Source: a virus. From it: a DNA stretch of 39,777 bases. This document shows positions 7,103 to 15,121 of the stretch, piece by piece; within the stretch, counting starts at the first letter, position 1, and each line of letters begins with the position of its first letter. Position numbers and translations under genes: made by a program. Below the pieces are notes generated by a model. That model did not search any database and was not told the origin of the DNA. It was given only the letters and a program-made list of their open reading frames with translations. Where the stretch lies: positions 1-39,777 of IMG/VR virus record IMGVR_UViG_3300009610_000026; one strand, 5' to 3'.

Positions 7103-7648
7103 CTACCCAGACAAATGTAAGGTCTCAAATAGTGAAATAAAGTATTGACTGACTGGAGGAAACTTGGTTTTCTTTCTTCTTTTGCGTTTTTTCTTGCATG
7201 GGGCGGGTATTTCTGGTCTTCCCATTAAGAAAGTGATGGAGTCATCGACTTTTGTGCCGTAATTTAAACGAGAAGCTTTTTCAGCGTTTATTTTAGGTTC
7301 AAGATATTGTAGGTTGGATAAACGATGCAGTCCTCCTTTGGACAGGGGGATTATGTGATCTACGTGAAATCCTTTTGGAGTATTTTTATAAAATTCATCT
7401 ACTAGATAAGTCTCTTCTTCTGAAAGGTCAATCGAAGCTTTGACTAAACGATCTTTTCTTCTAGCAACTATATCTTCTCTAGCTTTCTTGCCTTTTTCAG
7501 AAAGCTGGTATTTCTTTCTTCCTTTCTTTGCGTTATCATAAGAATTGTAAAGTTTGCGCCTAACTCGATTGTGTTCTTCGAGTAGGGGTCTCATTTTCTC
7601 GCCAAACTCTTTAAATCGCTCTATATCAAATCTAGATGCATTTTCCAT
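7103..7648 (-). CDS. HNH endonuclease
   Basis: Motif HVDHIIPLSKGGLHRLSNLQYLEPKINAEK (DHIxP..GG...NLQ.L....N..K). Confidence 0.85.
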   Translation of the reverse strand: MENASRFDIERFKEFGEKMRPLLEEHNRVRRKLYNSYDNAKKGRKKYQLSEKGKKAREDIVARRKDRLVKASIDLSEEETYLVDEFYKNTPKGFHVDHIIPLSKGGLHRLSNLQYLEPKINAEKASRLNYGTKVDDSITFLMGRPEIPAPCKKKRKRRKKTKFPPVSQYFISLFETLHLSG

Positions 7649-7811
7649 GCATAGAGTATATCATCTGTACGCTTTTTGCGTACACTTGCCAAATTTACTT
7701 AGCACTCCGGTGAAATTGTGCTTATTTTCCTGGTATAAGTATAGTATGCTATTACAGAATCGTTGAATAACGCCCTTTTTTTCTTGTCGCTATTCATCGA
7801 AACAGTAATAA

Positions 7812-8006
7812 CTACTCAACATCATCCACCATTTCAAGAAATCGCTCAACTTGAAATTGGCACTCTTCTACCCAATCTTCGGAATCACAAAATTCCACCC
7901 AAAGATCGCGCGCCTTGCGTCGATCCGTTAACGCGGCCCTAAGCTCAGATTTTGTAAGATCTCCTTCCTCATAGCCCGATATGAGCCACTCCTTCATGTC
8001 AATCAT
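7812..8006 (-). CDS. Small acidic protein (hypothetical)
   Basis: 64 aa, D/E-rich with an acidic tail MVDDVE. 4-nt overlap with the upstream gene. Confidence 0.5.
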   Translation of the reverse strand: MIDMKEWLISGYEEGDLTKSELRAALTDRRKARDLWVEFCDSEDWVEECQFQVERFLEMVDDVE

Positions 8007-8233
8007 TTCTTTCTTCCTTTGACTTCTCTTATTTTTTCGTCAATCAAGGCGTTTTCGTGTGGATAGTATTCGCAACACTTTCCCTTATAATGAAAACGTT
8101 CATATTCCGAATCTTTTAGTCTAAGTCCAATGATCTGGCCATTGCCACACATGGGACACTTAAACTTCCATAGTCTTTCCGTTGCAGGAATTAGATTTTT
8201 CATAAATAACAATTCTATAACTAGGACTTGCAT
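8003..8233 (-). CDS. Small zinc-ribbon protein
   Basis: Contains CPMCGNG...KGKCCEY. First gene of the leftward operon. The start is uncertain (8233 or 8203). Confidence 0.5.
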   Translation of the reverse strand: MQVLVIELLFMKNLIPATERLWKFKCPMCGNGQIIGLRLKDSEYERFHYKGKCCEYYPHENALIDEKIREVKGRKK

Positions 8234-8258
8234 TCCTGCGCAAATATTTTCCTTGCTT

Positions 8259-8285
8259 TGTATTGTATGTTAATTATACAATACA
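8259..8285. promoter_or_regulatory. Perfect 10-bp inverted repeat (TGTATTGTAT-7-ATACAATACA) in the divergent promoter region; operator candidate
   Basis: It lies between the leftward (8233) and rightward (8371) operons and shares the 9-mer TACAATACA with 11500..11508. Confidence 0.45.
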
Positions 8286-8370
8286 GTCATAACAAGCATG
8301 TCTCCCTGGTGACTGCCCACCAAAGCAGCAGGTTGTAGCAGTGAGTTATAAATACAAATGGAGGAAAAAT

Positions 8371-8565
8371 ATGACGCAAATAACCGTTAAAGAGGCTTTT
8401 AAGATGGGTGAAGAGGCTTTTCTTAGTGGACTACCTGAATCTGCGTTTTTAAACCACTCATTTTGGTCGCGGTCTAATACGATAGATGGCCATGCGGCTT
8501 GGAAAGAAGTGATTAAAGCATACAGTGAAGGATGGAGAAAATCAAAAGGGAGGGCTGTGAAATGA
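8371..8565 (+). CDS. Hypothetical protein (64 aa)
   Basis: The ATG at 8371 is preceded by GGAGGAAAAAT. First gene of the rightward early operon. Confidence 0.55.
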   Translation: MTQITVKEAFKMGEEAFLSGLPESAFLNHSFWSRSNTIDGHAAWKEVIKAYSEGWRKSKGRAVK

Positions 8566-8729
8566 TTACAGACCTTATTTTTAGGCAAATCCAAGAATTG
8601 AGGAAAAACATTACTTCCCTCGAGATCTCAATCTCTGAAATCAATAATGCTATTTTTCTTTTAGAAGAGCATATGTATGACATCGATGATCGTAAAGCCG
8701 CTTTACATGAGTTTGAAGATGCATATTGA
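8562..8729 (+). CDS. Small coiled-coil protein (55 aa)
   Basis: ATGA overlap with the previous stop, with GGGAGGG upstream. Confidence 0.5.
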   Translation: MITDLIFRQIQELRKNITSLEISISEINNAIFLLEEHMYDIDDRKAALHEFEDAY

Positions 8730-8946
8730 AAAATATTCAACGGGGGATAATTGGAATGAACCCTACACTTCAGGCTATGATAATGTTTGGGAAATGATTA
8801 TGGATGACATGGATAAGCGGCCACATGCCTATGACAAGGATGAAAAGGCCCTTTTTGAGATGGATTGCTCTACTATGTCACAAAAAGAGCTAAAAAGGCT
8901 TCGTCAATATATTGAGGGATGGATTTCAGTAGGTGACATTTTGTAA
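8677..8946 (+). CDS. Hypothetical acidic protein; start uncertain (8677-8719)
   Basis: ORF overlapping the end of the previous gene, followed by a hairpin at 8961..8982. Confidence 0.45.
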   Translation: MTSMIVKPLYMSLKMHIEKYSTGDNWNEPYTSGYDNVWEMIMDDMDKRPHAYDKDEKALFEMDCSTMSQKELKRLRQYIEGWISVGDIL

Positions 8947-8960
8947 TTACCTGAAAAGTA

Positions 8961-8982
8961 AAGGGGGATTTTAACCCCCCTT
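8961..8982 (+). terminator. Hairpin AAGGGGG-8-CCCCCTT after the 8946 stop (weak terminator candidate)
   Basis: The stem is GC-rich but the T tract is poor. Confidence 0.3.
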
Positions 8983-9196
8983 CGCTCTTGATTTAAAATG
9001 GAGTGAGTAATGAAATGCACAACTCGTTTCGAACGTTATCAATGTTAGAAAATTCTTGCAAGCGTGAAAATATTTTTTTAGAGCTAAGCTTGTTAAGATT
9101 TAAGACTTTAGGTGCGTAAGTGATTAAGGCTAAAAGGTAAGGGCCAAGGTTTCCCTTGACCCTTTTCCCCAGAAATGGTTATCTGTTGAACGTAGT

Positions 9197-9234
9197 CTCT
9201 AGTTTGTCTCCCGACCAAAGTTGCCAAACTAGAG
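9197..9234. promoter_or_regulatory. Perfect 10-bp inverted repeat CTCTAGTTTG-18-CAAACTAGAG upstream of the initiator-like gene
   Basis: Read directly from the sequence, within the 380-bp non-coding region. Confidence 0.4.
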
Positions 9235-9325
9235 AGAAGAAGTAAATCTACAACAGGAAGCCTAACATAGGCCCCAACTTCTTCACAATAGCAAAAAAGC
9301 AATATGGTCGAAAGAAGTTTGGTTC

Positions 9326-9973
9326 GTGCAAAAGAACTCCCTTATAGAAACCTTCAAAGAACTTTGGTTCCTTTTCACTAAAAAACAAAAGAGAATTTTT
9401 GAATATCTTTGGTGGATGTGCCGCAATCTCAGACATGTATTTCCAGACCTGCAAACCATTGCTAAGGCCGTAGATGTAAGTAAACGAACTGTTCAAAATG
9501 CCTTGGAAAAATTTGCGGAACTAGGATTTATAACCTGGATCCAACGCCCCTACCTTTCCAACCTATATTTGATGCCTGAAGAGATCAAGGCTTTGGACAT
9601 AAAAAATCCAAAAGTCATAAATGCAAAACCACAGAGAAATTGCCATCAATTTTGCCACGTATTAGAGGAATTAAATACTAGATCTAAAGAAACATATGTG
9701 AGCGATGTACCTAAATCTCTTGAAAAAAGGAAAATAAAACCTCTCTTGAGCTATGAAACTCTTCCTCATATCCTGAAACATCCTTTTATGCAAAAATTCG
9801 ATTATGCTTATTCTCCTGTCATCCTTGCAGCACCTGAAGTTGTTCTACAAGAAGTCATCGATTGCATGAAGTGGTATGCAAAAAAGCACAAAGTTAGCGA
9901 CTATTGTAAGCTTTTGGTAAGCTTGTTGAGACAAAAGACAAAGGAATATAGGGAAAAGGTCTATAATGTTTGA
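9326..9973 (+). CDS. HTH protein, replication-initiator-like
   Basis: TKKQKRIFEYLWWMCRNLRHVFPDLQTIAKAVDVSKRTVQNALEKFAELGFI fits the winged-HTH pattern of phage/plasmid replication proteins (HTH_36-like). It is preceded by a 380-bp non-coding region rich in repeats. GTG start. Confidence 0.5.
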   Translation: MQKNSLIETFKELWFLFTKKQKRIFEYLWWMCRNLRHVFPDLQTIAKAVDVSKRTVQNALEKFAELGFITWIQRPYLSNLYLMPEEIKALDIKNPKVINAKPQRNCHQFCHVLEELNTRSKETYVSDVPKSLEKRKIKPLLSYETLPHILKHPFMQKFDYAYSPVILAAPEVVLQEVIDCMKWYAKKHKVSDYCKLLVSLLRQKTKEYREKVYNV

Positions 9974-10217
9974 CAAATGCGAAACCATACATGACATGCT
10001 AAAAAGACTTTTGGAGTTATCTAGAAGCTTTCCTGATCATCAAATGTCTAATGTTATCATAGATGTTTGTGCCAACAAAATTGAAATCAAGTTTCGTGAT
10101 CAGATTGCATCCGAACTCTATCGTGAACATAAGGAAGAAAACATTTCAGCTTTGGATAGAGATGTTCCATCACGAAATCCTCTTTTGATAAATGTAAAGC
10201 AGGATTTACATGGCTGA
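9966..10217 (+). CDS. Hypothetical protein
   Basis: 83-aa ORF overlapping the upstream stop by 8 nt. Confidence 0.5.
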   Translation: MFDKCETIHDMLKRLLELSRSFPDHQMSNVIIDVCANKIEIKFRDQIASELYREHKEENISALDRDVPSRNPLLINVKQDLHG

Positions 10218-10325
10218 ATATTTTCAGATTCACACAAATTATCAGATTGTGGTTTCATGCGGTAATTGGGCTTTTATGATGCAAAGAAGATCAGGAAAAA
10301 AAGATTATTGGGCTGTCATAGCCAC

Positions 10326-10721
10326 ATGGAAACAATGAAACATATTTTAGAGATACCTATGCGTCTCATGTCTGAGGCCAATACTCATCAACATTGGAGG
10401 AAAAAATATGAAAGAAATAAACGACAACAAAAAGGAGTTAAACTCGTTTGGCTCAGCAAGAATCCTAACGTGGGCCTCCCTTGTAGAGTCTGTCTCACAA
10501 GAATTGGCCCTCGAGCGCTTGACTCAGACAACCTCGCCTACTCCTTTAAAGCAATCAGAGATCAAGTCGCAGATCTCATCATACCTGGAAAAGCTGCAGG
10601 ACAGGCAGATGGCGACGACCGAATAACGTGGGAATACAGTCAAGAAAAAGGCCTCCTAGGCATTAGAATTGAAATAGACGGCGTGACGAATATAGCAGCA
10701 ACCGGTATGGCTCTATGTTAA
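10326..10721 (+). CDS. RusA-like Holliday junction resolvase (probable)
   Basis: LEIPMRLMSEANTHQHWRKK...RIGPRALDSDNLAYSFKAIRDQVADL...GDDRITWEYSQ follows the RusA-family pattern (S.aN..HW; D.DNL..K...D; DD..I). ATG at 10326 preferred. Confidence 0.55.
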   Translation: METMKHILEIPMRLMSEANTHQHWRKKYERNKRQQKGVKLVWLSKNPNVGLPCRVCLTRIGPRALDSDNLAYSFKAIRDQVADLIIPGKAAGQADGDDRITWEYSQEKGLLGIRIEIDGVTNIAATGMALC

Positions 10722-10776
10722 CCTTTACAGTAAATTACCGCCGCGTTATCAAGTATATAAAAGGGCGAATGAAACT

Positions 10777-11001
10777 GTGAACGATCAGCTGAAATATGTT
10801 CAGACAATAGTCAGGGTAGCTTTGGCATTTCTTGGGTTATTGTTGATCGTTATTGGAGTTTTGGTTTGTATGACGTCGTGTACTATCAATCAGATTATGA
10901 CACATACTGAAGGTAGTGCTACAGATGTTGTAGATTCTGATCCAACGAACAGCCCTAAAATTAGTCCTAAAATTAGTGTTCCTCTTAGTTCAATTCCTTA
11001 G
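10777..11001 (+). CDS. Small membrane protein / possible lipoprotein
   Basis: Hydrophobic N-terminus VALAFLGLLLIVIGVLVCMTSC. GTG start. Followed by a terminator. Confidence 0.45.
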   Translation: MNDQLKYVQTIVRVALAFLGLLLIVIGVLVCMTSCTINQIMTHTEGSATDVVDSDPTNSPKISPKISVPLSSIP

Positions 11002-11028
11002 TTGTCCTTGGTTCTATATCAAAAATGT

Positions 11029-11062
11029 CTAGCGGGCCTTAAAACCCGCTAGTTTTATTTTT
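11029..11062. terminator. Bidirectional rho-independent terminator between convergent genes
   Basis: CTAGCGGG-ccttaaaa-CCCGCTAG is flanked by AAAAA on the left and TTTTATTTTT on the right. Confidence 0.7.
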
Positions 11063-11308
11063 CTATTTCTTTTTAAGACAGCAGTTTAAACTTTTACATT
11101 TTGGGCATCTTTCTTGTTTTTCATAAGTTATTAAGTCCTCCACGGTTACCTCACCATTACAAAATTCTGATACTTCCTTGGCCCTTCTATAACTCATTTT
11201 TTGATTCCCATTAACAGCATGCAAAAAACCTACAACAGAATATCCTAAGTTTTTAGCAATTGATGACATACTTATACCCTCTTTGAGGCAATAATCTTTA
11301 AGCTTCAA
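11063..11308 (-). CDS. Cro/YdaS-like HTH DNA-binding protein with C-terminal CxxC
   Basis: GISMSSIAKNLGYSVVGFLHAVNGNQKMSYRRAKEVSEFCNGEVTVEDL resembles YdaS/Cro-type HTH proteins. It sits next to a divergent promoter region that carries inverted repeats. Confidence 0.6.
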   Translation of the reverse strand: MKLKDYCLKEGISMSSIAKNLGYSVVGFLHAVNGNQKMSYRRAKEVSEFCNGEVTVEDLITYEKQERCPKCKSLNCCLKKK

Positions 11309-11462
11309 GTGTTCCCCTTCGTTTTAAAATTTCCTTATTGATCTGAGAAATTGACATATTACGCATACTGGCTTGCAGGATTCTTTTTCGTGCTGCTGAC
11401 AATTGCTTTCCTAAAGCTGTTTTGAACCTGGTATGTTGTTCTAAACGTAAATTTGGTGTCAT
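11298..11462 (-). CDS. 54-aa basic peptide (hypothetical)
   Basis: ATG ORF below the track cutoff, MTPNLRLEQHTRFKTALGKQLSAARKRILQASMRNMSISQINKEILKRRGTLEA. It overlaps the TTG start of the HTH gene by 11 nt. Confidence 0.35.
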   Translation of the reverse strand: MTPNLRLEQHTRFKTALGKQLSAARKRILQASMRNMSISQINKEILKRRGTLEA

Positions 11463-11496
11463 GTTTACCTCCTTTTAAGCATACTTTATCACAAAG

Positions 11497-11532
11497 CACT
11501 ACAATACACAAGACAAAACTGTAGTGTATAAT
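11497..11532. promoter_or_regulatory. Inverted repeat CACTACA-16-TGTAGTG abutting a consensus TATAAT; contains TACAATACA
   Basis: It lies in the divergent region between the Cro-like operon and recT. The -10 hexamer is at 11527..11532. Confidence 0.4.
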
Positions 11533-11565
11533 TCTTGTATATGATATACTGGTCTCAAGTCAAAC

Positions 11566-12447
11566 ATGGAGAAAAAAATGACTGTTGCATTAGCTAACCA
11601 AAAAAACGAAATAATCATGGACTCTTCTAAAGAGCAGCTAGACATGATCAAAGATATGTGGTTTAAAGGATATGGATCGGATGTTGATCTTGGTGTCTTC
11701 TGGCATGTATGCAAGCACAAGAAGCTAGATCCTTTCAGCCGCCAAATATATCCTGTTTTTAGAAATACAAAACAAAAAGATGGTAGTAAAATTCAGCAAA
11801 TGACCATCCAAACTGGAATTGACGGGTTTAGATTAATTGCGGATAGGACAGGGAGATATTGTGCTGGAAGAGAGCCTTCTTTCCAGTATGATAAAAATGG
11901 GCAGCTGGTGAGCGCTACAAGCTATATCAAAAAACAGACACAAGATGGTACATGGCACGAAGTGTCTGGAGTCGCTTTTTATGCGGAATATGCCCAAAAA
12001 AACTATGATGGAACGCCCACAAAATTTTGGCAGCAAATGCCGCACGTAATGCTTGCAAAGTGTGCTGAAACTATAGCACTTCGCAAGGGTTTCCCAGAAG
12101 ATTTATCAGGAATTTATACAAATGAAGAAATGGCACAGGCGGACACAGTCGAAGTAAATCCCATTTCTCCTCAAGTAAATGTAAAGCGGGTTGACATAGG
12201 AATGGCTCAAGTTATTTCATCTGAACAGATAGCCGAACTAGAAGCCCTAATCTCACAAATACCTGAAGAAGCGAAAGAAAAATTCAATGAATGGATAAAA
12301 CAAAGAGGATTTAATAGCTTATCAGAAATATCCTTGCACTTTTTCGATGAAGTTAAGCCTAAATTGCGCATAAAAATAGCCCAAGTTAAACAGGCGTCTG
12401 CTATATCGAGGGAAAAAGAGGAGGATAAAAATGATGGACAAGAATAA
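11566..12447 (+). CDS. recT: RecT/Bet-family single-strand annealing recombinase
   Basis: VFWHVCKHKKLDPFSRQIYPV...QTGIDGFRLIADRTGRY...MLAKCAETIALRKGFPEDLSGIYTNEEM is the canonical RecT core. Confidence 0.85.
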   Translation: MEKKMTVALANQKNEIIMDSSKEQLDMIKDMWFKGYGSDVDLGVFWHVCKHKKLDPFSRQIYPVFRNTKQKDGSKIQQMTIQTGIDGFRLIADRTGRYCAGREPSFQYDKNGQLVSATSYIKKQTQDGTWHEVSGVAFYAEYAQKNYDGTPTKFWQQMPHVMLAKCAETIALRKGFPEDLSGIYTNEEMAQADTVEVNPISPQVNVKRVDIGMAQVISSEQIAELEALISQIPEEAKEKFNEWIKQRGFNSLSEISLHFFDEVKPKLRIKIAQVKQASAISREKEEDKNDGQE

Positions 12448-12610
12448 CGAGCTACTTCAGGAAATACATGAGGATTTTGGGGAATGGATAGAAATGGATT
12501 CGAGTGGGGAGGTTTTAACGAACATTCTATGTTCATTATTGATTAAAGAAAGAGACAAGGCTAATCAATATAAAATGGCACTTAAACGCTGTGAGCTTAC
12601 ACATAGATGA
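12431..12610 (+). CDS. 59-aa hypothetical protein
   Basis: ATG ORF below the cutoff that overlaps the RecT stop. It fills the otherwise empty gap between the recombinase and the exonuclease. Confidence 0.4.
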   Translation: MMDKNNELLQEIHEDFGEWIEMDSSGEVLTNILCSLLIKERDKANQYKMALKRCELTHR

Positions 12611-12780
12611 ATGAAAATAGAAGAAGTATAACTCATTGTAAACTGGAAATTGATCTTCTGACTCGAAAAGCAAAAGCTCTCGAGTCAGAAATTCAAACTT
12701 TAAGAACACAAAATAAAACCTACAAAGAACTTATAGACGCAATAATGAATGAAAAAAGTAAATTCAAGGACATGAAATGA
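12607..12780 (+). CDS. 57-aa coiled-coil protein
   Basis: ATGA overlaps on both sides (12607 and 12777). Contains the heptad-like LTRKAKALESEIQTLRTQNKTYKELI. Confidence 0.4.
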   Translation: MNENRRSITHCKLEIDLLTRKAKALESEIQTLRTQNKTYKELIDAIMNEKSKFKDMK

Positions 12781-13628
12781 AAATCATTGAAATGGTCCAG
12801 AATACTCCAGAATGGTCGCTTTACCGAAAAAATCATATAGGCGCAAGTGATGCTTCTGCGATTTTAGGTTGTGGGTTTATGACGGCCAATCAGCTCTACT
12901 TAAACAAATTAGGCCTTTACGAGCCCGTGCAGACAAAATTGATGTCTAGAGGGCATGAGCTAGAGGGTGCTGCACGATGGCTTGCTATGGATGTGCTAGG
13001 TTTCGCATTAAAGCCGCTGTGTGTTGAACATGATAAACGTTCATGGCAAGCCGCCAGCCTCGATGGGATTGACGATAAGCATTCTGTGATAGTAGAGATC
13101 AAGACAGGTGGAGCTGCTGCCCTGGAACGGGCAAAAAAGGGCATTATTCCTGACTACCATCATTGTCAGATTCAGCACCAATTAGAAGTCACTGGGCTAG
13201 ATAAATGTATCTATTTCTTTTTTGATGGAGAAAATGGATATCCTATTGAAGTTTATCGCGACACCAAATATATTACTTATCTAAACGAGGCCGAAGAACG
13301 ATTTTGGACGAATCTTCAAGACTTTGTTCCTCCACCTTTATGCGGTAAGGACTACGAGACCCATGAATCTGAAATGAGACTGAAGCTTGCTCAGGAATGG
13401 CTCGAAGTCAATGGAAACTTATCAGTTCTGGAGAAGCGCGAGAAAGAACTTAAAGAAGCCTTAATAGCTGATGCAGGAGAAAGGAATACCATAGGTGGGG
13501 GCATAAAGATATTGATGTCTGGAAGGGCTGGGAGCGTGGATTACAAGATAATCCCTGAATTGAAGAAGGTAAACCTGGAAGAATATAGGAAGCCAGCCGT
13601 GAAATTCTTTAGAATAACAAAAGGATAA
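12777..13628 (+). CDS. YqaJ/lambda-exonuclease-like PD-(D/E)xK recombination exonuclease
   Basis: Has the EWSLYRKNHIGASDASAILG N-terminal YqaJ signature and the catalytic-type SLDGI...VIVEIKT motif. Adjacent to RecT. Confidence 0.8.
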   Translation: MKIIEMVQNTPEWSLYRKNHIGASDASAILGCGFMTANQLYLNKLGLYEPVQTKLMSRGHELEGAARWLAMDVLGFALKPLCVEHDKRSWQAASLDGIDDKHSVIVEIKTGGAAALERAKKGIIPDYHHCQIQHQLEVTGLDKCIYFFFDGENGYPIEVYRDTKYITYLNEAEERFWTNLQDFVPPPLCGKDYETHESEMRLKLAQEWLEVNGNLSVLEKREKELKEALIADAGERNTIGGGIKILMSGRAGSVDYKIIPELKKVNLEEYRKPAVKFFRITKG

Positions 13629-13633
13629 AAATT

Positions 13634-13816
13634 ATGAAATATATCACCTGTGCTTTATCAGCAATTTTATTATCGAGTTGTGCTGCAGGTTCAGCTACGG
13701 CTGGATATGCACTAAAAGCACAGTCGGCAGATTCTTTAACAGTTAAAGCCGAAAGAAGTCTCATTGATAGGGTAAAAGAAGAGCTTTCCAAGGAGAACAA
13801 GAATGGAAAAGATTGA
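13634..13816 (+). CDS. Small lipoprotein
   Basis: MKYITCALSAILLSSC has a signal peptide plus the lipobox LLSSC. The mature part is about 44 aa. Confidence 0.65.
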   Translation: MKYITCALSAILLSSCAAGSATAGYALKAQSADSLTVKAERSLIDRVKEELSKENKNGKD

Positions 13817-14039
13817 TGTAATTTCTACGAAAATAGACATGATTCTTTTGATTATACAATTTGGTTTTGGTATATTTTTTGCTCTTCTCTTGATTGTTTG
13901 GGGTACATTATGGAGATCCATAGGCAAGCTAGATGAAAAATTAACCGATGTTGATCGTCGCCTTTGTCGTATGGAAGGAGCATTTTCAATGAAAGAGTGT
14001 TGTAGGCTTAGTCCAGATGAAATCAAAAAGGTGGTATAG
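13803..14039 (+). CDS. Small single-pass membrane protein, R[LV]CxxE family member C
   Basis: TM ILLIIQFGFGIFFALLLIVWGTLW, with tail LDEKLTDVDRRLCRMEG. Overlaps the lipoprotein gene by 14 nt. Confidence 0.6.
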   Translation: MEKIDVISTKIDMILLIIQFGFGIFFALLLIVWGTLWRSIGKLDEKLTDVDRRLCRMEGAFSMKECCRLSPDEIKKVV

Positions 14040-14255
14040 ATGACAACAATGCAACTAGAACTCCCATTCCTTTTCGAAGATGTAAACTTACGAGCTGCAA
14101 GAATTGAAGAAAAATTCAGCGCATACCAAGATAAAATGAGAAAAGCTATGTATGCAAAACTTGGTGAAGAGAAAAAGAAAAGAATGGAGCTAGAAAATAG
14201 ACTTAATGTTATTGAATCTGCTATATGTCAAGGTAAATTGGAATTTAAGCTTTGA
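14040..14255 (+). CDS. Hypothetical coiled-coil protein
   Basis: 71-aa ORF starting immediately after the upstream stop. Confidence 0.5.
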   Translation: MTTMQLELPFLFEDVNLRAARIEEKFSAYQDKMRKAMYAKLGEEKKKRMELENRLNVIESAICQGKLEFKL

Positions 14256-14479
14256 ACCAAAAAGAGCTTAAAAACAAGCTTGAACTTCTTCTGCGCGGTC
14301 GCGAAATTTATACAGCAGCCGAGCTAGTTAAAATGGGTTTATACGGTGGTAAATCTTCGGTATGGAATCTTGTGTTAAAAGGTCACCTTGAATGTCTAGA
14401 AGTCTCTGAAAGAAGAAGAGTGATTACCAAGGAAAGTATCATCAAACATATTTTAAATTTAAATGAGGATTTACAATGA
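14252..14479 (+). CDS. Excisionase-type (HTH_17-like) DNA-binding protein, tentative
   Basis: YTAAELVKMGLYGGKSSVWNLVLKGHLECLEVSERRRVITKESIIKHI resembles the MerR/excisionase-like HTH pattern. TTG start in a TTGA overlap. Confidence 0.4.
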   Translation: MNQKELKNKLELLLRGREIYTAAELVKMGLYGGKSSVWNLVLKGHLECLEVSERRRVITKESIIKHILNLNEDLQ

Positions 14480-14667
14480 TGCTTATTTGTGATGTTTGTA
14501 ATAATGGCTATGCTCTATATAAGCAACATGAAAAGGTATGCGATTCGTTTTCATATAAAACCGAAGGGCAAAAAACGATTTTTAGACCTCAAGTATGCTA
14601 TCAGTGTGCTCGTAAAATTCACGATGTAACAAAAAGAATTTTTTGTTCAGGGATTAAGGAAGAATAA
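14476..14667 (+). CDS. Small zinc-ribbon protein
   Basis: Contains CDVCNNG...CYQCARK. ATGA overlap with the upstream gene. Confidence 0.5.
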   Translation: MMLICDVCNNGYALYKQHEKVCDSFSYKTEGQKTIFRPQVCYQCARKIHDVTKRIFCSGIKEE

Positions 14668-14726
14668 TGTGTGCTGAATGTTGCCCGAAAATATGGCCTC
14701 CTAAAATCATATAAGACAACAAATCA

Positions 14727-15029
14727 TTAAACCAAATACTCAGTAGACTTCTTATAAAGAGTATGGATAGGATTCATAAATGGAACCAAACCCGATCCAT
14801 CAATATTGTGATCTTTTGGTTTATATTTTTTTCTTTTCGTAGGGACCTTTTTTTCAGGTGAGTTAGGTGTAAGATCAATATTTTTTCCTGATTGAATCTT
14901 TATACCCTCTTCAACTACTTCCTCGAGAAAATTATCATCTATTTGTCCAAGATCTTTATTAGCTTGCGAACATGCCGACAAGCCAACTAGGAGGCAAATT
15001 AGCCGATAAATACAAATAAAATTACCCAT
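14727..15029 (-). CDS. Lipoprotein
   Basis: The ATG at 15029 has TGAGG upstream. MGNFICIYRLICLLVGLSAC carries the lipobox LVGLSAC. Confidence 0.6.
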   Translation of the reverse strand: MGNFICIYRLICLLVGLSACSQANKDLGQIDDNFLEEVVEEGIKIQSGKNIDLTPNSPEKKVPTKRKKYKPKDHNIDGSGLVPFMNPIHTLYKKSTEYLV

Positions 15030-15121
15030 AAGAACCTCATAAATCGACTGTAGCAAAGCGACATTATTTATTGTAAAAAATGTAGTAAATCCATACTCTT
15101 TACAGAAAAAAAGAGGGAAAC

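Noticed and set aside
9108-9496. Minus-strand ORFs 9108..9302 and 9248..9496
   Set aside because: They have no ribosome-binding context, overlap each other and the initiator-like gene start, and lie in the repeat-rich non-coding region. They are better explained as chance frames.
10408-10626. 72-aa alternative-frame ORF inside the RusA-like gene, and the similar nested ORFs 22172..22513, 23551..23817, 26930..27142 and 38176..38526
   Set aside because: Each is nested in an alternative frame of a longer gene that has recognisable motifs or a consistent operon context.
11499-12536. Minus-strand ORFs 11499..11720, 11833..12045 and 12207..12536
   Set aside because: They are antisense to recT and its coupled downstream small ORFs.
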